Assembly (NCBI GenBank): GCA_016177405.1
Contig: JACOVG010000024.1
Location: forward strand, 7,079-71,078
Origin: Candidatus Omnitrophota bacterium
GTDB lineage: Bacteria > Omnitrophota > Gorgyraeia > 1-14-0-20-64-10
Reading direction: 5' to 3'
Length of the DNA: 64,000 bases
The notes under the pieces are model-generated. The model ran no database searches. It saw only the letters and a program-made list of their open reading frames with translations, and was not told where the DNA came from. Below, piece after piece: positions 20,166 through 29,732 of this stretch. Made by a program: the position numbers and the translations under genes. Each line of letters starts with the position of its first letter. Positions within the stretch are counted from its first letter, which is position 1.

Positions 20166-20203
20166 AATACACAGTTTCTTGAGGGATAAGAAGAATTTCC
20201 AAT

Positions 20204-22873
20204 ATGCCGTCACGTAGAATATTCCGCCGCCAGGGTGCAGCCGTCTTCACGCTGCTGGCCTTTGTCTCGCTTGAGCTGGCCGGGCCGGCAGGCGGTCTCG
20301 CCTTCGATAACCTCCGCCAGGCGGCGATCGGAGAGAACCGCTCCGGCCTGGAGGAGCTTGGAGAGAAGCTCCAAGGCGTCCCGGAGGGGGAGCTTTTTCC
20401 CGCGAGGACGAAAAGGCTGCTTCCCGTAGTCCTGGCTGTTTTCTTTGGCTTTGCACCGTCTCTTCCCAACGAGGAGGCAAAGCCCCCGCCATCCGCCCCA
20501 ACGTCAGGACCGGTTGGCCCAGCCGGCGAGCGAGCCGCGCCTCTTCCCCAGAGGGAGTTGGCCCTCATCAACCTGGAGCCGGGTTATTCCCTGGAAGATT
20601 TCGGCGCCAACCTGGAAGCGATTGCCCTGCAGGTCCCTCCCAAGGAGCGGACCCTGGTTTTTCTGCTTCCTCGGCCCTGGACCCTGCGGGATGTCTGGTG
20701 GTTCCTTCAGTCCGACAAGGAGGATCCGGACTACCACACCCTTTACCCCCTCCTTTATCGGCGAGATCCAAAACTCTTCAAGGATACCGAATCGAGAGAA
20801 GCGCTCCTTCGGCTGGTTGCTCGGATGCAGAGCGCCAACAGCGAAACGCTCGCCGACCTCTGGCGCTCCAACCCTGAATGGATGGCGCGGTTGGGTTTGA
20901 GGATCCATCGCCCAGACTCCGAAACCGCTGCCAGGTTCTTGGAGGCAGAATTTCTTCTTCAGTCCGCCTTCAACACTCTTTTTCTGGAAACCGATGAGGG
21001 AGGTCGGCCCGCCGCCGGGAGGATAGACGAATTCCTGGGACGGCTCCAGGAGGCCGTCTCCCTTCGCGCCCGCAGACCCAATCTTTCTGAGGTTGGCGCC
21101 CGCGAGATCAATGCGCTGATGAGCGAGAAGGAAACGACCCAGAAGTACCAGGCGGTTTCGGTCTTGATGGATGAGGCGTTTGGGGATGTGATGCCGTTTC
21201 TTGAAGAAAGGCCGGCGGCTCTCCCTCCATTGCGCGATCAAGAGCTTGCCGGGCGCCTGGAGAGAATTCCGGCGAACGAGTCCCTTCCCAAAGAGCTTCG
21301 GCTCGAGCTGCTTTCCTATCTGCTGGAGGGGGCGCTTTTGGACCGTGGAGAGCTCAAGCAGGGGTACAGCTCGTTCGCGCGGGAAAAGGAAAATGCTCCG
21401 CCGTTTGAGAAGTGGATCCATGAGATCCTCACCAGCCTCTCCGAGGAAAAGCTCATCGACTTCATCGGCCAGGTTGGAGAGGATTGGAGGGAGTACCTGG
21501 GCCGATTTGAGAACACCCTCTATGGGCCCGACGAAGAGGATGCCCGGGAGGTTTTTTCGGATTTTGTCCGGAGGCGCCTGAAGCAGAACCAGAAGAAGTG
21601 GCTTCCCAGGGCGATGCTTCAAAGGTTTGAAGAGCTGCTCGATCATCTGGAGAAGCTGCGGAAGCTCAAGCAGGGGCCTGGCAACCCCGACGACGACGGC
21701 AAGGAGGCGTACTCCTATCTCGACGCCACCCGCAGGCCCGCCCCCAGGCGCCTTGCCAGAGACACTTCCCGTCAGACCCGCTCCCGCGCCGCCGGGCTGG
21801 AGGAGCCGGAGCTTATCGTGGCACATCCCAACGAGGTAAATGGGTTAGGGGTCATTGATCGGGTTTGGCTTGGGGAGACGAAAATACAAGAAGAAGTCCT
21901 CCGGGAGGTATTGAGCCACCTAAGTCAGTTTGATCCCTCCATCGATCCGCTCAACTCCCTCGTGCTCAATGTCGCTTCAGGTCCTTTTCGTCTGAAACTC
22001 AAGGAGGGCCCACCGGAGGATCAAAACCTGATCAACATGGATCCTAACTACCCTAAGGGTTTCACGCAAAGCAAAGGAGCTAGGCTCCTTGGAGAGTCCA
22101 CATCCTCGGCCATTGAAAAAGGAACCTTCCGTTCCAAGTCCTCTCTTCCTAAGATTGTTCTCCTTTACCACCCGGAAGCGATGAGGGATTATCTGGGGGG
22201 AGATGAAAAGGTCCAAGCCTTCCTGAAACAAGTTTGGTCTCTTACCGCAGAGGGAGGGTGGATCCTTTTCATAGAGTCACGCTCGCCAGGCCGGGAATAC
22301 GGAAAGAGGCTGGACTATTTCTACCACCTGCTTTTAAAGGGGATTTCCTCGCAGAAACCGGCCCGTCTTTTCGTGGTCAGTGATAGCAAGGTAGGGAATC
22401 AGAAATTGGAGTTGTATGAGGTGTTGCGGCGCCCCCTGGTGGTTGCTCTCCAGAAGCCCGCCGGGCTGGAGGAGGGGCGGCGGACCTTGGGGATTCTGGG
22501 GGAGGCGGCGCAGGGGCCGGGGGTGGTGGTTGTGGATAAGGCGCTGTTGCCAGGCAGCTGGCTGGCGGAGTTCCTTAAGAGAGCTCCTGACCCGCTGGCC
22601 GGAAGGGTGGTAGCAGGCGGGTTGGAGGAACTGGATGAAGTGGTGGTTACCTTGATGGGTATGCCCCAAGCAGAGCGAATTGGCGTGGTGGGAGATCCGA
22701 AGATGGCGGAAGGCCTCTCTCGTCTTCTGCCTGACAGCATGGATGTGATACTGCTGGGTACCCACGTAGGCCTTGAAGAGATTTCTAGATTCTTAAGAGT
22801 GCCGGAGGCTGTTCTGGATCAGGTGGACGCGGCCGGGTTGGAGGAGGATCTGGCGGCCCAGCGGGGGGCGTAA
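20204..22873 (+). CDS. Large secreted hypothetical protein (889 aa) with no recognised domain
   Basis: The ORF is uninterrupted and opens with a signal-peptide-like N-terminus (MPSRRIFRRQGAAVFTLLAFVSLELAGPAGG). No catalytic or nucleotide-binding motifs were recognised. Confidence 0.55.
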   Translation: MPSRRIFRRQGAAVFTLLAFVSLELAGPAGGLAFDNLRQAAIGENRSGLEELGEKLQGVPEGELFPARTKRLLPVVLAVFFGFAPSLPNEEAKPPPSAPTSGPVGPAGERAAPLPQRELALINLEPGYSLEDFGANLEAIALQVPPKERTLVFLLPRPWTLRDVWWFLQSDKEDPDYHTLYPLLYRRDPKLFKDTESREALLRLVARMQSANSETLADLWRSNPEWMARLGLRIHRPDSETAARFLEAEFLLQSAFNTLFLETDEGGRPAAGRIDEFLGRLQEAVSLRARRPNLSEVGAREINALMSEKETTQKYQAVSVLMDEAFGDVMPFLEERPAALPPLRDQELAGRLERIPANESLPKELRLELLSYLLEGALLDRGELKQGYSSFAREKENAPPFEKWIHEILTSLSEEKLIDFIGQVGEDWREYLGRFENTLYGPDEEDAREVFSDFVRRRLKQNQKKWLPRAMLQRFEELLDHLEKLRKLKQGPGNPDDDGKEAYSYLDATRRPAPRRLARDTSRQTRSRAAGLEEPELIVAHPNEVNGLGVIDRVWLGETKIQEEVLREVLSHLSQFDPSIDPLNSLVLNVASGPFRLKLKEGPPEDQNLINMDPNYPKGFTQSKGARLLGESTSSAIEKGTFRSKSSLPKIVLLYHPEAMRDYLGGDEKVQAFLKQVWSLTAEGGWILFIESRSPGREYGKRLDYFYHLLLKGISSQKPARLFVVSDSKVGNQKLELYEVLRRPLVVALQKPAGLEEGRRTLGILGEAAQGPGVVVVDKALLPGSWLAEFLKRAPDPLAGRVVAGGLEELDEVVVTLMGMPQAERIGVVGDPKMAEGLSRLLPDSMDVILLGTHVGLEEISRFLRVPEAVLDQVDAAGLEEDLAAQRGA

Positions 22874-22902
22874 GGGGTGTATCCGTATGCTATACTTAAT
22901 GT

Positions 22903-23349
22903 ATGGTGCCGGTGAAATTTTCAACGGAAATTCCAAGTCTGGGACCCACGGTCAGGAAGAAGCTGAAGCGCCTGGGAGTGGCCCTGGTCTATCTGTACGG
23001 TTCGGAGGCGATCGGGCGATCCAGCGCCTTGAGCGACATTGATGTAGGGATTGTCTTCAGGGATTCGGGCCGCCTGAGGGATCGCCGGCGGCGGTTCCAC
23101 CTTCGTTCCGATCTGGTGCAGTGCCTCGGTTCAGTTCTTGCCCCTGGGTTCACGAGAGAGATCGATCTCGTCTTCCTGCAGTCCGCATCTGCCATTCTCC
23201 GATTTGAGGCCACAAAGTTTGGGCGCCTGCTGTTTGTCGCCGCTCCTCTCTTCTGGGCCAACTATGAGGCCTCGGTCCTTAAGGAGTATCTCGACGTCCA
23301 CCCCCTGGTTGAAGTCCACTATCAAGCGGTACTGGAACGGGCCGCATGA
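22903..23349 (+). CDS. mntA: Minimal nucleotidyltransferase (MntA-like antitoxin)
   Basis: The GS-X9-SDIDVGIV Pol-beta-type nucleotidyltransferase motif is present (LYGSEAIGRSSALSDIDVGIVF). The stop overlaps the downstream HEPN gene. Confidence 0.8.
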   Translation: MVPVKFSTEIPSLGPTVRKKLKRLGVALVYLYGSEAIGRSSALSDIDVGIVFRDSGRLRDRRRRFHLRSDLVQCLGSVLAPGFTREIDLVFLQSASAILRFEATKFGRLLFVAAPLFWANYEASVLKEYLDVHPLVEVHYQAVLERAA

Positions 23350-23813
23350 AGGCGGTTCCCCTCAATCGCAAGGTTCTTGTCAATCGCCTCGCTGAGATAG
23401 AGAGGGACCTTGTGGAACTGGCGAAATTTAAGGATATGAAACTCAAGGAGTTCACCCACGGGGTTCATTATGCCGTGGCGGAGCACCACCTCCGTCGGGC
23501 GCTTGAGGCGATCTTTGATGCGGGAAACCACATCCTCTCGCGCCTGCCCCTGGCCCCCAGTCAGAGGCCAGAGACGTACAAGGCCATCGCTCTTACCCTG
23601 GGCCGTTACAAGGTGGTTTCTCAAGCCTTTGCCCAAGGCCCGTTGTCTCAAATGGCTGGTTACCGGAACCGATTGGTCCATTTCTACGATGAGATTACCT
23701 CGGGGGAGCTCTATGGAATTGTTCAGAACGATCTTCGAGACATAGAGGCGTTCGCTAAGTCTCTACGGAGGGTTATCCTCAACCCCGGACGGATTGGTTT
23801 GACGATCCAGTAG
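23346..23813 (+). CDS. hepT: HEPN-domain (DUF86/HepT-like) toxin
   Basis: The R-X4-H HEPN motif YRNRLVHFY is present. The protein is 155 aa and overlaps mntA by 4 bp. Confidence 0.8.
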   Translation: MKAVPLNRKVLVNRLAEIERDLVELAKFKDMKLKEFTHGVHYAVAEHHLRRALEAIFDAGNHILSRLPLAPSQRPETYKAIALTLGRYKVVSQAFAQGPLSQMAGYRNRLVHFYDEITSGELYGIVQNDLRDIEAFAKSLRRVILNPGRIGLTIQ

Positions 23814-23818
23814 GGCGC

Positions 23819-25255
23819 TTAGAAGAAGGAGCGGACGGCGGCGAGGGAGAGCCGGACGCACGGCTCCTGGAAGATGCCGATCCCTAGGATGCCGGCCAGG
23901 CAGGCGTACAGGGCCAGCCGGACCGGCAGGGAAACCGGGATGGGGGTGGGGTCTTTGGGAGGGTCGGCGTACATGGTCGCCACCAGCAGGAGATAGTAGT
24001 AGAGGGAGATCACCACGGCCGCCGCCCCCACGATGGCCACCCACAGGAATCCCTCCTGAATGGCGCTCAAGAGGAGCAGGAACTTCCCAAAGAATCCGAC
24101 CATCGGCGGCACGCCGGCCAGAGACAGCAAGGCCACGAACATCGCCGCCGCCAGGAACGGGGAGCGCCTGGAAAGCCCGGCGTAATCCGCCATCTCATCC
24201 GAGCCCACCGCCTGCCAGAAGGCCGAGATCACCAGGAAGATCGTCAGGTTGCTCACCAGATACCCCGCCAGATAGAAGCTTGTTGCCGCCGAACCCAGCG
24301 ACGAGGCGGCCGCCACGCCGATTAAGATGTAGCCGGCGTGCCCGATGGAGGAATAGCCCATGAGGCGCTTGATGTTCTTTTGCGGGATGGCGCAGAGGTT
24401 GCCGTAGAGGATCGTCAAACCGGCGAGCCAGGCGATGAGGCCCGCCCATTGGTTTGAGGCGGGCAGGAAGAGCTCGTGCAGGACCCGCAGGGCCGCCACA
24501 AAGCCGGCCGATTTGGAGCCCACCGACAAGAAGGCGGTCACCGGAGTCGGGGCCCCCTCGTAGACGTCCGGCACCCACAGGTGAAGGGGAACGCAGGCCG
24601 CCTTGAAGGTGATGCCGCTGACGATGAGGAGAAGCCCCAGGGCGAGACCCGGCGAAAGGGTGGTTCGGCCCGCCAGGGCCTGGCGCAGGCCCGCGAAGCT
24701 GGTGGTGCCGGCGGCTCCGTAGACCCAGGCGATCCCGTAGAGGAACAGGCCCGAAGCGATGGAGCCCAGGATGAGATACTTGAGCCCCGCCTCCAGGGAC
24801 CGGGCGTCGGTTTTGAGGTAGGCGGTCATCACGTAGAAGCTGATCGTGATGAGCTCCAGCGCCACGAAGAGCATCAGGAAGCTGGCCGAAGAGGCCGCCA
24901 GCAGCATCCCCAGCAGGGCCAGCAGGATAAGCGCGGTGAATTCCGCGTGGGCCCTCTCCAGGGTCCGGGAGAATTCCCGGGTCATCACCAGCACCAGGAT
25001 TCCCGCCGCGACGAAGATCACCTTGAAGAAAAGGGCCAGGGGGTCCAGCCGGTACATCCCGCCCAAGAGGGTCCGGGTTCCGAGGTTCACCTGCAAGAGG
25101 AGGATCGGGGCGACCGGAAGCAAGGCGATGGCGGCGCCGAGAGGAATCTCCCGCGAGCCCTTTCCCTTGCAGGCCAGGTCCACCAGGAGAATGAGGGCGG
25201 CCAGCCCCGCCACCCAGAGCTCGGGCGCCAGATACCACAAATGGGGCGGCATCAT
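23819..25255 (-). CDS. nuoN: NADH-quinone oxidoreductase subunit N
   Basis: This is a 478-aa polytopic antiporter-like protein of the NuoN/ND2 family. Its stop lies 5 bp from the hepT stop, convergent. Confidence 0.92.
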   Translation of the reverse strand: MMPPHLWYLAPELWVAGLAALILLVDLACKGKGSREIPLGAAIALLPVAPILLLQVNLGTRTLLGGMYRLDPLALFFKVIFVAAGILVLVMTREFSRTLERAHAEFTALILLALLGMLLAASSASFLMLFVALELITISFYVMTAYLKTDARSLEAGLKYLILGSIASGLFLYGIAWVYGAAGTTSFAGLRQALAGRTTLSPGLALGLLLIVSGITFKAACVPLHLWVPDVYEGAPTPVTAFLSVGSKSAGFVAALRVLHELFLPASNQWAGLIAWLAGLTILYGNLCAIPQKNIKRLMGYSSIGHAGYILIGVAAASSLGSAATSFYLAGYLVSNLTIFLVISAFWQAVGSDEMADYAGLSRRSPFLAAAMFVALLSLAGVPPMVGFFGKFLLLLSAIQEGFLWVAIVGAAAVVISLYYYLLLVATMYADPPKDPTPIPVSLPVRLALYACLAGILGIGIFQEPCVRLSLAAVRSFF

Positions 25256-26742
25256 CGCATCGCCACCACTTGAAGGCCCTCCAGCGGGCTCAAGGCCGAG
25301 GGAACGGAGACGGCGATCAGGTCGGTCAGCAGGCTCGGGAAACAGCCGACAATGACCAACGCGGTGATGAGGATGAAATACGGCAGGCGCTCAAACGGCG
25401 CGGCGTCCTTCAAGCCGGCCCAGCGGGGGTTGAGCGGACCGAAGAAACCGGTCCGGACGGCCCGGAGCATGTAGAAGGCGGTGATGACGATTCCAAAGAC
25501 CGCCGCCAAGGCCGGCAGGCGGTACGTCTCCCAGGAGCCGAAGAAGACCAGAAGCTCCGCGACGAAGTTGGCGAAGCCGGGCAGACCGCTTGAGGCCAGG
25601 GCGGAGACGACAAAGGCGGTCGCGATGAAGGGAACCTGCCGGGCCAGGCCTCCCCACTCGGCGATCTGCCGGGTGTGGGTCTGGTCGTAGATGTGGCCCA
25701 CCGCCGCGAAGGCCAGGGCGGTCATCAGCCCATGCGCGAACATGAGGAGCACCGCCCCCGAGACCGCCAGCGGGTTGAGGCACGCGATTCCCAGCAGGAC
25801 ATACCCCATGTGGCTGGAGGAGGAGTAGCCGATCAGGAACTTGATGTCCTTCTGGGCCAGCGCCACAAAGCCGCCGTAGAGGATGTTCATGATGGAGATC
25901 CCGGCCACCCAGGGAAGCCAGGTGTAGGCCCCCTCCGGCAAAAGCCCCACCGCGACCCGGAGGATGGCGTAGGAGCCGAGCTTCATCAGCACCCCGGCGT
26001 GAAGCATGCTGACGGCCGAGGGGGCGGCGGCGTGTCCGATGGGAGACCAGGAGTGCAGCGGCCACATGGGGGCGATCACCCCGAAGCCTATTAAGAGGAA
26101 GGGAAAGAGCCAGCGCTGGAACGAGCCGGGGATGGGGTTTTGGGCGAGGTACCTGGAAAGCTCGATCAGGTCGAAGCTTCGGATCCCGCTGATCAGGTAC
26201 AGGCTCAAGAGGCCCACCAGGGCGAGCACCGCCCCGGCGGTGAGGTACAGGGTCAGCTTCATCGTGGCGTACGCCTTCTCCCCGGAACCCCAGATGCCGA
26301 TCAGGGGGAACATGGGGATCACCGCCATCTCGTAAAAGAGGTAGAAGAAGAAAAGGTCCAGCGAGACAAAGACCCCGTAGACCCCGCCGATCAAGAGCAG
26401 GTAAAAAAGGTAATACTCCTTCACCCGCTCCTTGATCCGGTAGGAGATGAGCACCCCGGTGAAGCTGCACAGCGCGTGCAGGAGCACCAGGACCGCGCTG
26501 ATCCCGTCCACCCCCACCTGGTAATGGATTCCCAATGCGCGGATCCAAGGGATCCGGTCCACCCACTGGAAGCCGCCTTGCGCTTTGGAATAGGCCGCCG
26601 CCAGAAAAAGGGCCAGCACCAGGGGAATTCCGGTGGCGGCCGCGGCGATCCGGCGGACCCATTTGACTTGGTGGGATGGGATGCCGAGCAGGGCCGCCGC
26701 CCCAAGGAAGGGCAGAAGAAGAATCCAGCTTACCGGGCCCAT
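25252..26742 (-). CDS. nuoM: NADH-quinone oxidoreductase subunit M
   Basis: This is a 496-aa antiporter-like NuoM/ND4 protein. Confidence 0.92.
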   Translation of the reverse strand: MGPVSWILLLPFLGAAALLGIPSHQVKWVRRIAAAATGIPLVLALFLAAAYSKAQGGFQWVDRIPWIRALGIHYQVGVDGISAVLVLLHALCSFTGVLISYRIKERVKEYYLFYLLLIGGVYGVFVSLDLFFFYLFYEMAVIPMFPLIGIWGSGEKAYATMKLTLYLTAGAVLALVGLLSLYLISGIRSFDLIELSRYLAQNPIPGSFQRWLFPFLLIGFGVIAPMWPLHSWSPIGHAAAPSAVSMLHAGVLMKLGSYAILRVAVGLLPEGAYTWLPWVAGISIMNILYGGFVALAQKDIKFLIGYSSSSHMGYVLLGIACLNPLAVSGAVLLMFAHGLMTALAFAAVGHIYDQTHTRQIAEWGGLARQVPFIATAFVVSALASSGLPGFANFVAELLVFFGSWETYRLPALAAVFGIVITAFYMLRAVRTGFFGPLNPRWAGLKDAAPFERLPYFILITALVIVGCFPSLLTDLIAVSVPSALSPLEGLQVVAMR

Positions 26743-28592
26743 GGTTTACCCAATGATAAAAAGGTGAGCAGGCTTAGGCCGGCCAGAAAAAGGAGGGCGT
26801 AGGCCTGAACCTTCCCGGTCTGGATGAGCCGAAGCGCGCTGCCAGTTAACCCGGTCATCTTGGCGGTCCCGTTGACCCACAGGCCGATGATCACATACCG
26901 CTCGAAGGCGTTGGAGAGGTGGGCCAGCCTTTGCTGGACGTTGCGGTTGATCCAGGCGTAGAGGTCATCCACGAAGTATTTGCGCTCCAAAAGGGTAAGG
27001 AAGGGCCGCGCGAGACGCGTGAGCCACGGCAGGGGCCGCCAGGAGAGGCGAAAGAGCGCGAAGGCCAACCCCAGCCCTGCCGCCGAAACCACGGTGGAAG
27101 TGACGGCGACGGTCCAGTTCATCTCCTCGTGGTTGGGAGCGCCCATGAGAAAGTGGGGAATGCCGAGGAACCCCCCCACGGCCGAGAAAAAGGCCAGCAC
27201 CAGGAGCGGCCGGGTCATGATGGGGGGCGCCTCACGCGCGGGGTGGCGCGCCCGGGATTCCCCCAGGAAGGCGATGGAGACAAGCCTGCCCATGTAAAAG
27301 GCGGTGAGCCCCGCCGTGAGCGTGCCGATTTTCCACAGCAGGGGATCGTGGGCGTAGGCGACGGCCAGAATCTCATCCTTGCTGAAGAAGCCGCTTAGGG
27401 GAAAGATTCCGCACAGGGCGAACGTCCCCACCAGGAAGGTGGCGGAGGTGACCGGCATCGGCTTGAGCAGTCCTCCCATCTGGCGGATGTCGTTGGTGTG
27501 AAGGGCGTGGATCACCGAGCCGGCCCCCAGGAAAAGCAGGGCCTTGAAAAAGGCGTGGGTGGTCAGGTGATAGATCCCGGCGGCGCGCCCCCCCAGCCCC
27601 AGGGCCATCACCATGAACCCGAGCTGGCTCAAGGTGGAGTAGGCCAGGATCCGCTTGATGTCGTTTTCCACCAGGGCCAGACCGGCCGCGAGCAAGGCGG
27701 TGGCGCCGCCCACCCAGGCGATGAGGGCCATCAGATCGGGTGAGGCCGCGAAAAGAAAGAAGGCCCGCGACAGGAGGTAGACCCCGGCCGCCACCATGGT
27801 GGCGGCGTGGATCAGGGCCGAGACCGGCGTGGGGCCCTCCATGGCGTCCGGCAGCCAGACGTGCAGAGGAAACTGGGCCGATTTTCCGACGACCCCGCAG
27901 AAGATGAGCCCGCCGGCCAGGGCCAGCAGTGAAGCGTTCACCGCGGGCGAGGCGGCCAGGAACTCCAGGCGCTTGGCCAGCTCCAGGTAGTTGAGGGTTT
28001 TGGTTTCTCCGGCCAGCCCCGAGAGGGACCAGAGAAGGAGGATCCCAAGCAGGAATCCGAAATCGGCGATCCGGTTCACGAGAAAGGCCTTCTTGCCGGC
28101 CTCCGCCGCCTTGGGGCGGTCGTACCAATGCCCGATGAGGAGGTAGGAGCTGGCGCCGACCAGCTCCCAGAAGATGAAGCAGGTCACGAAGTTGTTGGCG
28201 AGCACGATCCCCAGCATGGAGAAGGCAAAGAGGGACAGGACCGCGAAATAGCGGGTGAACCCGGCGTCCCCCTTCATGTAGCCCACCGAATAGATGAAGA
28301 TGTTCAGCCCCACCCCGGTGACCACCAGGCTCATCAGGACGGCCCAGGGGTCCACGAGGATCCCGAATTCCAGCAGGAGGCCCGGCAGTTTAACCCACGT
28401 GAGCGAGCTCTCGGCCGCGTTCTTCAGGGTGTGCGCCGCCGGCTGAAGGAGGAGCGCCACGGCGCAGAAGAAGGAAACGGCCAGGCCGCCGATGGCCAAC
28501 CCCGCCGAGATCCTCCGGGAGCGCAGGCCCACCCCCACGATCCCGAGGAACGCCAGGGCCGGCGCGAACAGCAAGACCCAGGCCGCTACCAT
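26730..28592 (-). CDS. nuoL: NADH-quinone oxidoreductase subunit L
   Basis: This is a 620-aa antiporter-like NuoL/ND5 protein with a C-terminal amphipathic helix extension. Confidence 0.92.
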   Translation of the reverse strand: MVAAWVLLFAPALAFLGIVGVGLRSRRISAGLAIGGLAVSFFCAVALLLQPAAHTLKNAAESSLTWVKLPGLLLEFGILVDPWAVLMSLVVTGVGLNIFIYSVGYMKGDAGFTRYFAVLSLFAFSMLGIVLANNFVTCFIFWELVGASSYLLIGHWYDRPKAAEAGKKAFLVNRIADFGFLLGILLLWSLSGLAGETKTLNYLELAKRLEFLAASPAVNASLLALAGGLIFCGVVGKSAQFPLHVWLPDAMEGPTPVSALIHAATMVAAGVYLLSRAFFLFAASPDLMALIAWVGGATALLAAGLALVENDIKRILAYSTLSQLGFMVMALGLGGRAAGIYHLTTHAFFKALLFLGAGSVIHALHTNDIRQMGGLLKPMPVTSATFLVGTFALCGIFPLSGFFSKDEILAVAYAHDPLLWKIGTLTAGLTAFYMGRLVSIAFLGESRARHPAREAPPIMTRPLLVLAFFSAVGGFLGIPHFLMGAPNHEEMNWTVAVTSTVVSAAGLGLAFALFRLSWRPLPWLTRLARPFLTLLERKYFVDDLYAWINRNVQQRLAHLSNAFERYVIIGLWVNGTAKMTGLTGSALRLIQTGKVQAYALLFLAGLSLLTFLSLGKPWAR

Positions 28593-28608
28593 TTCGGTTC
28601 GGCCTCGC

Positions 28609-28920
28609 TCACCATTTGAGATTCCGGAAGGAATCGGCGTCCGACTTGCCCGTCCGCCGGACCATCACCACCGCGATGGCCAGCCCCACCGCGACCTCGG
28701 CCGCGGCCACGATCATCACGAAGAAGACCATGATCTGGCCCTCCAGATTCCCGAGGATCTTCGAGAAGGTGACGAAGGCGAGGTTGGCCGCGGAGAGGAT
28801 CAGCTCCAGCGAGAGCAGGATCATGATGATGTTCCGGCGGCTGGCGGCCCCCGCCAGGCCGATCGCGAACAGAAGGCCGCTAAGAACGAGATAGTGGGAA
28901 GGGCCGACGGGTGGAATCAC
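28609..28920 (-). CDS. nuoK: NADH-quinone oxidoreductase subunit K
   Basis: The protein is 103 aa with three TM segments (MIPPVGPSHYLVLSGLLFAIGLAG...). Confidence 0.92.
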   Translation of the reverse strand: MIPPVGPSHYLVLSGLLFAIGLAGAASRRNIIMILLSLELILSAANLAFVTFSKILGNLEGQIMVFFVMIVAAAEVAVGLAIAVVMVRRTGKSDADSFRNLKW

Positions 28921-29408
28921 AGCTTCTTCTTGGCCAGGACGACCGCGCCGATCACCCCCACCAGAAGGAGCAGGGAGGCCGCTTCAAAGGGGAGGGCGTA
29001 GGTGGTGAAGAGGAGCTTGCCGACCGCGACAACGGTTCCCTCGACCGGCTGAACCCCCGCGGGGATGGGAAGGGTTCGGGCGACCCTCGCCGTCTGCCAG
29101 AAGAGCAGGCCCCCCAGCCCCAGGGCGGCCCCGCGCCAGGTGGCCGAGCGCAGACGGGACAGCTCGTCGGGGCGAAGATCAAGCAGCATCACCACGAAGA
29201 GAAAGAGAACCAGGATCGCCCCGGCGTAAACCAGAATCTGGATGGCCGCCACAAAGAAAGCCCCCAGCAGGACGAACAGGCCCGAAAGCCCAAACAGGGC
29301 CGCCACCAGGCTCAAGACGGCGTAGACCGGGTGCCGGGCCAGCAAGACACCCAGGGCTCCCAGGAGGGTCACGAAGGCCAAGCCGTAGAAAAGGATGGGA
29401 CTTTCCAT
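28917..29408 (-). CDS. nuoJ: NADH-quinone oxidoreductase subunit J
   Basis: This is a 163-aa NuoJ/ND6 family membrane protein and the first gene of the minus-strand nuoJKLMN unit. Confidence 0.9.
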   Translation of the reverse strand: MESPILFYGLAFVTLLGALGVLLARHPVYAVLSLVAALFGLSGLFVLLGAFFVAAIQILVYAGAILVLFLFVVMLLDLRPDELSRLRSATWRGAALGLGGLLFWQTARVARTLPIPAGVQPVEGTVVAVGKLLFTTYALPFEAASLLLLVGVIGAVVLAKKKL

Positions 29409-29477
29409 GAAATGGTCATTCTACCTCAAAAAGCCGCAAAAAGGTGCCGGGCACCTTAGAGCGCTTGCACTCCTCAT

Positions 29478-29565
29478 CCCGTCCTTCTCCCCTCACAGGG
29501 GAGAAGGTAAGGTTGAGGGGTACCTCTTTCCCTCTCCCCTCGCGGGAGAGGGCGGGGGGTGAGGG
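29478..29565. repeat. Two tandem GGGAGAGGG-hairpin repeats upstream of nuoJ
   Basis: The first copy is cttctcccctcacaggggagaaggtaaggttgagggg. The second copy is ccctctcccctcgcgggagagggcggggggtgagggg. Confidence 0.55.
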
Positions 29566-29589
29566 GTGTCCCTTTTTGGAGCGTCCCCG

Positions 29590-29628
29590 ATATACGATAT
29601 GTACTATTAGCCATACTTCTGGTATACT
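29590..29628 (+). promoter_or_regulatory. AT-rich region with an extended -10 (TGgTATACT), candidate promoter for the RHH-dcm-vsr genes
   Basis: TGgTATACT lies at 29620-29628 in the only AT-rich stretch between nuoJ and the RHH gene. The -35 element is weak. Confidence 0.3.
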
Positions 29629-29732
29629 CTTACTGTGGACAAAGATTACGGCAGCTTTATTTGGAACCTAGAGAAGAAGCGGAAAGATCAGGATCTTTGG
29701 CGCGGGCTATTGGAGAGGAGGGAAGAGATACT

